A DNA stretch of 45,707 nucleotides from Trichoplax sp. H2. Taxonomy: Eukaryota. The translations under genes and the position numbers were made by a program. The stretch lies in NCBI GenBank assembly GCA_003344405.1, contig NOWV01000120.1:186001-231707 (forward strand), read 5' to 3'. The notes beneath the pieces are model-generated. The model did not search any database. It saw only the letters and a list, made by a program, of their open reading frames with translations, and was not told the origin of the DNA. Below, in pieces: positions 35,203 through 45,707 of this stretch. Position 1 is the stretch's first letter. Each line of letters starts with the position of its first letter.

Positions 35203-38123
35203 ATGGCTGCTGCAAGGGCTATCCAATCCGGTCATTTTTTATCTCGTATTGGCTATGATGTTCATTCCAACGTTGTCCAACGTTGTTTTGCGACTGGCTG
35301 GGCGACGGTTGGACGGTGTCGATGCACCGTCCAAAATGGCCGCTTATTAACCACTCAGGTAACAGGTTCATATCCAGCATCATTTTCTATTATTGACTAC
35401 TTTCTGCTAAGCAGGCACCTGTATGGCCATATTAAGATTGTATCATCAATAAGATAGAAATTGGCTTCTGTAAACTGTATTTTGTTCATGCAACCAATCG
35501 AGTACGTCTTTTGACAGTAAGGAATGATCATGTTATCCTCAATCATTATTATTTTTGGGGGGGAAGGGGGTATATTAACGTTGGATTCATTTGCGAGATT
35601 GGACTTTTGAACTCCATCATACTATAGTTATGTTGTACTAGTAAAAATGATGAAAGGATAATGATTCTGTTTTCATCTACGTTCATGACAAACGACAATA
35701 TCTTATAGTAATGTCTACAGTTGTTGTTATGATAGTTTTGCGTTGACGTCACTTCATACGAGTACAATGGATGCATAACCTGCAAGCGATTCGCTAGGAT
35801 AGAGTCTGTTTGGAAGAGAAAAATTGATCTTGCATCAAGTTATCCCTTGTAGGAATGCGACTTATTGCAAGGGATGTTGCCACTTTTGACAGCACTTACT
35901 CTTCGAGTTAACTAGGTCATCCATGATTACGTGCACTCTTTGTTATAGGGACAAAGTTTTGTTTCATAGAGTTAAGCAATGAATGAATAAATGAAGTTCA
36001 AATTAGAACATAGTATTGATTGATGTTGATAATATTGCCATATCTTGCAGTTGCGTCATACAATCAATGTAGTGTCTATTGCCTTCTGTTGATTTATTAA
36101 TGGGTCGATATCCTTACCAACACTTTAGGCTTCCGATGCCAAGAAGACGCCCCTCTATGATTTTCATCTACAACATGGTGGTAAAATTGTCCCTTTTGCT
36201 GGATGGGCACTTCCTATTCAATATACTGGTAGTGGTTTAGTGCAAGAACATTTACATACACGCCAAGAATGTTCTCTTTTCGATGTATCGCATATGCTAC
36301 AATTGACTTTCGGCAATTCAGGTTGTGTTAAGGTAAGGATGAGAATGACGTCAATTCTATGGATTGCTTAGATAACGATGGTCATATTAATTTTTAACAT
36401 AATTTACACTAATACCAAATTTCTAGCAAAATGAACTATCATACACTCTATTGCCAATATTTTCAACATACTGCGATTTTTTGCACTTTCCTGTATACAG
36501 TATCTTTCTGGTAATTCTATAATAAATGCCATAGCATGTATGATAGTTCATTTTGCTAGAAATTTGGTATTACAGTAAATTATGTTAAAAATTTATTTTC
36601 AACATACTGTGATTTTTTAGCAGTAGCTTTCTCATTATTCTATAATAAATGCCAAATATTCCATTAATATTCTATAGTTCCTTGAATCACTAATTGTTAC
36701 TGATGTGGCAAACCTTCCACAAGGTCGTGGTACATTATCTGTCTTTACTAATGAAAATGGCGGTATAATTGATGATTTAATCGTCAGTAAAATCTCGGAT
36801 GAATCAATCAGTGTAGTTTCCAATGCTGCTTGTAGCGAAAAAGTCGTACAACACATCCAGGTAAATAAATACTTTCACGCTTTCACCTTTCCAAGTTATC
36901 AGTCTAGCAGGTCGTATAATAATGTTGAAAATCTGGATTATTATTGGAAACTGAAAAAAATAAGCGTGGTGATCATTGTTGTTTCTACCACTATGTCGTC
37001 TAAATCTCTTCATTTTTAGACAAAAATGAACCAATTCAACTCATCATCCCATCAAAGTGTCGATGTAAAGGTTATTACTAATAGAGGGCTTTTAGCTTTA
37101 CAAGGTGATTACTATCCTAATTGTCCTCATCATTTGTAATACTTTACATAATATGGACATGGGTTATTTCGGCATTAAAATTATAGGACCAAAGTCTGCT
37201 GTAGTTTTACAGAGATTAACAAACTCTAATTTGAGTCAGATTCCGTTCATGGGCTATACGAATAGTAATATTGCTGACATTGATGGCTGCTTTATCGCAA
37301 GAGGCGGCTACACTGGAGAAGATGGATTTGAGGTTAATCTAATTTAGGAAAATATTATACTTAAATGATTTATTTATTGCTACTTGAACGATTGATTCTT
37401 TAATCTTTGAAAATTTATCGTTAGATTTCAGTTCCTTCGGACTATTGCGCTAAGTTAGCTCAAGAGTTTTTGAAACATCCTGAGGTTAAGCTAGCAGGCT
37501 TAGGTGCAAGGGATAGCCTAAGATTAGAAGCAGGACTATGTTTGTATGGAAACGATATCGATGAAGAAACCACCCCTATAGAGGCAGGGCTTGCTTGGAC
37601 AGTAGGTAAAGCTCGTCGAAACACAGGTAACTTTCCTGGATCGGATACTATCATAAAACAGTTGCAAGAAGGTCCGTCACGCAAGAGAGTTGGGTTAATT
37701 TCTACTGGTCCTCCTGCACGTGGTAAATTTTTCAAGTTTAAAACTAGCTCATTAATCAAGACAGTATGCACGTTGCATGATAACGCCAAACGCTTACAAT
37801 GGTTTAATATGCAAACATTTTATTTTATACTGACAGGCGGTACGAAAATTTTTTCAAGTCATGATGATGAAATAGGTACGCATGTTACAAGGATTTAATT
37901 CTTACCTGAACTTTATTTCAACTGACATTTCGATTTTGGGTTAGGCATAATTACTAGTGGTTCACCTTCTCCCAGTTTAAAGAAGAATATTGCTATGGGT
38001 TATATTAAGACTGCATTCTGCAAAATCGGTACAGAGGTGCAGTTACAAGTTAGAAATAAAAAAGTTAATGCTACCATTGCAAGAATGCCATTTCTTCCAT
38101 CGAATTACTACAATGTTAAATAA
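35203..38123 (+). CDS. AMT: Aminomethyltransferase, mitochondrial (glycine cleavage system T protein)
   Basis: Exons 35203-35358 (Arg-rich transit peptide), 36129-36332, 36678-36860, 37020-37104, 37187-37332, 37425-37722, 37837-37875, 37945-38123. Motifs [102 protein letters not shown]. Confidence 0.98.
36389..36660. repeat. 57-bp inverted repeat interleaved with a ~70-bp direct repeat in AMT intron 2
   Basis: 36389-36445 is the reverse complement of 36537-36593 with 2 mismatches. TATTTTCAACATACTG...ATTCTATAATAAATGCCA occurs at ~36458 and ~36594. Confidence 0.9.
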
Positions 38124-38826
38124 TACCACAGACTTTCATTTTTATTTATTATAATTTACTGGATGCTTCTTTGTCATTTTAATGTGTCTGAACTAGTCTT
38201 CAACACTATAACTTTGCTAGCTATAAAATTCCTGGGAAGTATTTTTCTGTCTGATTCGGATATCAAATCATTATAATTAGAAGGCTGTATGCACAATAAT
38301 TGTCACCCATTGAAGTGGAACGTTCTAATCTATTTAGATTTCGTATTGCTATTCGAAGGCATTCATAAAACTAAAAATTTTGCTTTTTACGTTGGAACAT
38401 TATCACAACTTTGAAACTTTGAATTATTCCCTAACATCAGATCACGTAAAACTAAAGCTATTTATTTTGCTAAAGACAATATGCCACTCATTTGTAGCTT
38501 ATTTCAACTGAACGTGATCAAGCCTTTGGTTCCACTATTGCCAGACTCTTGGCATACCTGTATATTACATTCTTCATTGTATATCTGAAAATAATTTTGC
38601 TGACATGTCTAATCTAGTGAGTGGTTAGAGTTATGAAAGTTGTTATTAAAAACATGCAAATTTAATCGGATATAAAAATTCATAAACAATCATTCATTAT
38701 CACTCCTAATTGATGACTAGTGTAAAAGTCGGCTGTGTTCACTTGGATACTTATTCTTTCTTACAGCGGGTTTTTACGTAATTAAATGGTCTTTACTAAA
38801 ATCAAGCTATATACATATAAGCATTC

Positions 38827-38978
38827 GTCTCCTGTTCATGTTTCTGCATGCAAGAAATCTACGTTGCTTAGATACCCGTATCGGTCGGATTTAATTTAAT
38901 TTAATTTGTCTCCTGTGCATGTTTCTGCATGTAAGAAATCTACGTTGCATAAGTACCCGTATCGGTCAGATTAAATTA
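38827..38978 (+). repeat. Two-copy tandem duplication, period 81 bp
   Basis: GTCTCCTGT.CATGTTTCTGCATG.AAGAAATCTACGTTGC...TACCCGTATCGGTC.GATT at 38827 and 38908. Confidence 0.9.
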
Positions 38979-40237
38979 ATAATGTCAATAAATCATTTTG
39001 CACTGTAATTTTATGTATTTTACCACTGTAAACTCGTATTGTTATATTAACGGAAAGTATTTGCTAGGATAGAACATCCCTTAATCAACTCATCGGATTG
39101 ATCATTATACTAATTTTTCACTACTAAGTTGCACTTGTGATACACATCAGCAAGAATAGAATTTCAAATTCATTACTTTTTTACGTAGTGTTATATGGCT
39201 TCTGCGATGATGATACATCATACGTGCACAATCAAATACGTCTCTTTTATGCCAATATATAGGTAGCTGAGACAGAGCGCAGTATCAGTGTCGAATAGAT
39301 AGATATTGTAATGGCATATTGCAACGAGTACTCCTGCTCACCTTTTGCTATTTTTAAAGAGTGATAAAAGCTTACTAAATTTCTCATCAAGATCAAACGC
39401 TAGCTATCGACAAACTCCTGTCTTCTACATTTAGATCAATCAATACAATACTGTACGACTCAGTCATATGCAGATATGCAGTTGCAATATTCCTCCAATA
39501 CTGGCCTTTAAAAAACTGCTGACAAGGCATCATGGCGAGTACTTAGACTTGTTTACAACTTTGATAGAGTACAGAAGAATAAGACGGCGGTGCCGTTTTT
39601 GTGCCTGCTGACTACCGTCTATTACTATCTGTACGGTATTCTCCATCTTAAATTGAGGTTCCACAAGTTTCGAAAGAATCGAAATATTTTTATATATATT
39701 TGCTTATTTATTAATTTCATATACAAGTAAAAGGATACCAAAATGTTTAATTGTAAAATTTATTTATTTCGCTTTTATCTTGCAGGGTATATGTCACCAT
39801 CTATCATGTTAAGTTTCATTCTTATACTGGTTATTTTGGTCTTACACGACCTTATCTTATATCTAAAAATTCAAATTAATAAATAAAAATGACGTAGATG
39901 ATAGGTTTCATAGAACTTCTGTTGCAGTAATTTTTTAAGACACAGACACTCAATATACACAAGTTTATAAGATAGCAATTGCTAAAAATTAGATATATAT
40001 AGAATCTTTAATATGCTTCATTCAGCGTAAAAAGATCCTATTCAAGCTATTTAACAACGTATAGTATTACTGCTATTATTACCACATACGTTAAATTATA
40101 TAAATCTGAGTGCTGTATATACTACATACAATTAATATTGCTTGGTAACAATAGGTACCATACTATGAATGTGATGTAAAATAATTCAAGGAACTTTAAA
40201 TGACAGTAGTATAACAGATGAAGCTACAATATCTATT

Positions 40238-43200
40238 TTACGAGTGCTTTCTATCGACAACCTTAATTTTAATTCCATTTGCGGGACACAAAGTTGCATA
40301 CACACTTAATTTCACTGGAACCTAAAGAAACAGACGTAAAAAGGTTACTAAGACTGCAATAATTTAGAAAAATGACATTGTACGCTACAAGATTATATAG
40401 ATGTCGTATAATCAAAGATATTTAGAAAAGCAGTTTAACAAATATTGCGACTTACTTCCGTCTCTGGAGCTCGAATAAATCTAAATCTTCGAAGAAGATA
40501 ACAAAGAGTAATCTTAATTTCGATCATAGCAAGACGCATGCCTATGCATACTCGAGGGCCAGTACTAAAAGGTAGATATGTAAACGGCTGTATATCATTT
40601 TTTCTTTCTTCGCTAAATCTAGAATTGGAATCATGAAAAAAAGAGAAAAAGTGCAGTATATAGATCAATCGTTACTAGGAATGGCATTAAGATTTACGAA
40701 TGTATATATGCGTATACTTTCAAATCTTAAAACGTAATAATCCTGGTTACCTTTCAGGGTCAAAATCCTCAGGATTTTCCCAGTACCTAGTATCGTGATG
40801 CAAACCATAAATAGGATACACAACAGAAGTTCCTTCGCTGAAATGGTAACCTTCAATCGTACAATCCTCACCACATTCCCTCATGCCCCTAACATAGATA
40901 TACGAATATAGCAGAAATAACCGTGAACCGAGGCTGCTTTTAACTAGAGAGTACAAGATGATCTCCTTACATGTATGCAGCCGGATAAATTCTTAGAACT
41001 TCGTCAATCACATTCTGTAAATATGTGACTTTTTGGATCCCGTCATATGTTAATTCATCATTCTTTTAATTTATGAATGGGGAAATAGAATTCATTGTTC
41101 AGTTTTCAACTACCCTGGTTAAAAATCTTTATTCATTAAAAGCAATACTGGATTGCTTCACTAATGAAAATACTGTATATTCAGTCAATTCATACCTCAT
41201 CAAAGACTTCCTCGATAGCTTCGACCAACTTATCTTGTATATCCGGACGAGTAGCAAGTACATAGGTGGTAAATGATAAAGTATTACTGGTGGTTTCATA
41301 ACCAGCTAAAAGGAAGGTCATAGCTTGAGCAATCATTTCATCGTCTGTCATCTTTCCTGCAGGGTCATTCTTTCCGGCATCTAACATTAACTGTAGCATA
41401 TCTTTTTGTTTTCCCTAGAAAAACAGCATAAGATATTCAAATACTCAATGGTAGTCAGATGAAATTTTGGCTAGGTAACTTACTGATTGAATACAATGTA
41501 AGTATTTACGATTATTTCGGATTCACATCAAATCAGAAAATTTAAACTAACATTTTCGTCAGGGTTTGTTTGTCGTTCACTTATCACTCGTTTAGCTGCT
41601 TTTTCTAAATATTCGATGCTTCCAAAATATCTTCGATCAACAATTTTTGCAATCGGCATGAGCGATGGCATTATTGCCACTATGAAATATTAATGGAGAC
41701 CAATTATTAGTTATAGCTTGCAAATACTGCATAGGGACTAGCCTTACAAAGGTTACACTAAAGTTTATTCACTTAATCCTGCTGTGAAAATTGATGGGCG
41801 AAATATTGCTGCAGCGTGCTTCAACATGGGTTCTTCAGCATTTCGTTGGCAATCGGCGTGGATACCAAATGCAGTAGCCATCACAACTTCTAGGGTATAT
41901 TTGCCATACCAGCTGTAATTTATATCAAGATGGTGTCGATATTGTAAAGACACGAAACAGAACAGTACAGTTAGAATTAGCGACTACTCGAGAATAAAGT
42001 ACCGTGTATACTTCATAGGGTTTATAGCAAGCGCTTACTAAAGAGAATAATGAATTTTTAAAGATACTTGAAACTGCAAATATTAGTGATGAAGTAATGG
42101 CATTACTTCCAAATTTCTATGGTTTCATTATCTTCTGCAGCTTTCCTTAGTTTCTCCGACATAATTTCCAGCGAATTTTCAAATAGCGGAATCATCTACA
42201 GTTCATTCAATTAGAAGATTGCGACAATTGCAGGAACTTCAAGTGTGATAAGATTGTACTAACATACTATTTAACTAGCGTTGTTCATGGCAACAAAACA
42301 AGTTAGATTAGCTAATGACAGGCAAATAGAACACTAAGTTTATCCGCGTGACCAGTAAAGGTAACTTACATTTTTTAATTTACTTGCAGTAAAGCTAGGA
42401 ACTAAAATGTTTCTTATACGTTTCCAGTGATCATCTCGGAGGCTCTCCAAATTCAGATCGAGAATTGTAGTAGTGGTAGCTCCAATCTTAATAAACGATA
42501 TTAAACAAAGTTTATTAGTTTCTGAGCGTCTGTATAGAGTTAGTTAGTAGCAAAATGACACGATATCTGAAAATTAGAACAAGACATTATCATTACTACA
42601 ACGGATATTTCCTTCTATACTATTCTTTGTTAATGAGTAGCACAATCTACTTTATTTGTAAACTTGGGAAATTCCTTGACAAGGATTTGCTTGACCACGT
42701 CAGGTTTGCCGACGTAACAAACACGAACGGGACCGAAGTAAAAACTACAATATGGAATTAAAATCGAGATATAATAAAGTTGATACTTTGCCTTTACAAT
42801 GTCCATAAGAAAGATTGAGCTAGATATTTTAGTTTATTTAAAGCAAATCGTAGTTAATATGTGAAGAATTATATTCATTACCCGAAAATATCTCCATACT
42901 TTGCGGCCAAATTCAATAATCCTGGATGAATTCCCTACGTAAAAAGATGAATCACACGATAATACTTAAAATTGTGTATTACTTTGATATGATACCATCA
43001 TAGCAGGGGCCTAAACTACTAACACTGTACTAGGACTGCGCTAAACTACAACATGATGATGACGAGAACTCCATATACTGTAGAACGATTATAATGGCAT
43101 GCATATTGTATAATACCTCTCTTAAAGTGCCATTGAGTATGTTGCCTACTAGCGGTATTGGTTTAGGACCTGGAATGCCATGATTAGAGAAATGTTGAAG

Positions 43201-44565
43201 TGGCTTGACAAATTTCCTGATAAAGTATATGCATAAAACATTAAGGTCGTATTTCATTCACAAGCTGATTTATCATCTGTAATTTGACTATTAATCGTTC
43301 AATTCTACCAGCTCCTACAAGTTGCAATAACGTTATAGCTCAGTATGTTTGTGACTATGGTATAGTACAGTAGAAATAAGCATCTATCCAATAGTGAATT
43401 GTTTGCACAGTAGGTGTCCACTTAGAGCAGAAGTAGGATAATAACAGAAAATCAATGATTAGACCTACACAATTATCTGCAGACAGAGCTTTAATTCTCT
43501 TATTAGAGATAGTGATATCAATTTTGCATTGGAAAAATAATTTACTGCAAGTCAATACAGTTTTGTTAAATCGTACAGTACAATAGCATACTTTAACAAA
43601 TTATGAAACTTAGACTTGTTCTATTCGATTAGGATTCGTTACAAGAGGCATTATAGTAGTTTTCATAACGATCACATGATATCATCGTATCCTACGATAA
43701 TTAAGTTATCACAGCTATAGATGTTAGGGTTTAGAACAATTTAATACAATATAATGGATAAATCCTGTAGATAAAAAGTCTCTTAGGGACTCCAATAGAT
43801 AATCATTAAATTGATGTACACGTAGAATGAGAACGGTTGAACGAGGTATCATGACTTCATTTTAGGGACAAATAAATAGGATATGTCTATGTGCAGTATG
43901 CTATGTGTATCAATAGAAAACGATGCAATAGTAGGCCACTGCATCTTTAAATTGAGCGATATTCTATCTTATTAACCTCAACCTTATTGATTAAGGATCA
44001 AAAGTAAGTCAATCCATTCTAAGCAAGTGTTTTTCAGATGTACTCGTATATAGGTTGTGCTATATTGTACAATTGTCATAGAACGTTATTAACACTAACT
44101 TCTTTCACACCCTTATTCCTATCTCAATCAGCTTTTGTTTTCTTCATGCAATGTCTAGTAAGCTGATTGATTAACTTTACTCTTGGTTAAGGTTCATTAA
44201 CTTAATTAAACGCGGAAAAAATGAGTCATATCAACTGTCTTTGCAGTTGATACAGTCATGGATCGATAATGGAAATCTTTGTTGCAAAAGTAAACAAGCT
44301 GGAATGACCTGAAGAATAATAGTATAATGGAATATCTAGCAAATTGATCGGAAGAAAATGAAAGAATCAATCCAGAATGAAACAAACATTAAAACGTGTC
44401 AAATTCTTAATGTGGATCATGTGCAATCGATTGATCGTGACTGTCAATGAGAGTAACCATTAGCATACAGTACAGTAATGTGGAAGTAATCCGAACTTAC
44501 TTGTAGAAGAGGTAGCCCAAAAGCACAGCAGCAGAAGTGATGAGGATAGACGTTGTTGCGTTCAT
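40238..44565 (-). CDS. Cytochrome P450, clan 3 (CYP3/CYP5-like), 13 exons
   Basis: N-terminal anchor [21 protein letters not shown] (44565-44501), proline hinge [14 protein letters not shown]-helix WKRIR, I-helix [11 protein letters not shown]-helix EVLR, FDPERF, heme motif [11 protein letters not shown]; last exon [27 protein letters not shown] ends at 40238. Confidence 0.96.
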
Positions 44566-45015
44566 GGTTTGTTAATTCTAATTATCGATGCTAATGCTTG
44601 CACTAAACTGGCTCAAGGAGAAATACAGGATTGTCACTATTTGGTGCTAGAAGAAAGTGGTGTATAATAAGATAATCTTATGAAGATTCGACAGAACAGT
44701 GTGGTAACTAGCTGCCAATGGCTATTTTTCTTCCTGTCGCAAAGGCTAAGCTAAGAGATTGATGACTGGATGGACTACCCTTTAATACGACGAGCACCGG
44801 TCATTCAGCTGCTTATATAGAGACGAGTATGGTATTGCTTGTTGATGATGACAGCAAAACTATCTATGTACACAGTAAATTCTACAGGATATCAAAGCGA
44901 TAGCCAATAACTGCAGTAAACATTGCAAAATGACGAGTAAGCAAATTTGGGGAAACTTCTTGCCACGTAGCCATGTACAGTACAGTAATGTATTGTAAAT
45001 AAATCAATCGTCGGT

Positions 45016-45056
45016 ACAGTACATTGCACTGTGGGGTGTACAGTGCAATGTACTGT
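45016..45056. repeat. Perfect 17-bp inverted repeat inside a TACAGTA cluster (44975-45120) upstream of the CYP
   Basis: ACAGTACATTGCACTGT-ggggtgt-ACAGTGCAATGTACTGT. Confidence 0.9.
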
Positions 45057-45707
45057 GCTGTACAACGGTGAACTGGTTAATTTCTACTGTACTGGATGAT
45101 TTGTACTGGAGACTGTAGACTGTGTGTTCATTTGCGTTTCTAACATTGGGATGGCAAAGTACATCATAATTCCCTTATTATTACGATGTGCTTTGACTGT
45201 TCTTGTCTGGAAGCAATCCTTATGCATCCCTCTCTGTTCCATTTAAGTTTTCCTTGTAGATGCTGCAAATGTCAATGAAAATACCATCTTTTAACCTCTA
45301 CGGAAGGAATTCTACACACTGTATACATGTAGAGTTTAGGCTGTAATCGTGCCCAATAAACACAATCCATATTCTTTCTTTCTTGCTGATGGAAGCATTT
45401 TGATGGCGCATCTCACGTGACAGGAATCCCAGATCAACACAGCCCAAAATGAGCAACGTGTCACTATGCTAATACGCATGTCCGATTTATAATTTCATTG
45501 GCGTCGTGGCCTAGGAGATAAAGCGATAGATAACGAAATGTTGTTATTTATTTTAAAAATAAAATTTTTAAAATTAGCTGAATTTTGGTAGACGCGGGGA
45601 TATGATCATGGAGATGATAATAAAGCGGGCAGTTTATGGAGATTAATAATGTACAGTTGAAGAACAGTATAAAGGAGAGACACTTTGCTGTGCTCCCGCC
45701 AAGATTA

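Noticed and set aside
20875-37789. Antisense ORFs such as 20875-21273, 29115-29360, 36635-36856 and 37460-37789
   Set aside because: They are shadows of + strand coding exons.
45130-45707. Gene fragment at the window end
   Set aside because: Only short frames, with no recognisable motif or consistent splice model.

Overview
AT-rich animal genomic DNA with short GT-AG introns; composition, intron size and domain content suggest an early-branching metazoan such as a placozoan (inference only). I assembled spliced gene models by hand from splice sites and phase. From start to end: (1) the 3' exons of an unidentified + strand gene (61-1171); (2) a ~3.1 kb near-identical duplication flanking a 20-N gap (2608-5767 vs 5788-8821), probably uncollapsed haplotypes, carrying a truncated and a complete ECH1 dienoyl-CoA isomerase; (3) two tandem, paralogous type I membrane protein genes built from a MAM-Kringle-SRCR cassette with no protease domain (13627-22384 and 24817-30966); (4) a 19-unit, two-variant hairpin-containing minisatellite (33503-34910); (5) AMT/gcvT (35203-38123); (6) a 13-exon clan-3 cytochrome P450 on the - strand (40238-44565). 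The best candidate for an undescribed system is the receptor pair: one ends in a PPxY motif, the other has LRR caps with almost no LRR repeats, a furin-like site and a possible soluble/membrane splice switch. TACAGTA/TACTGTA clusters recur upstream of the metabolic genes.
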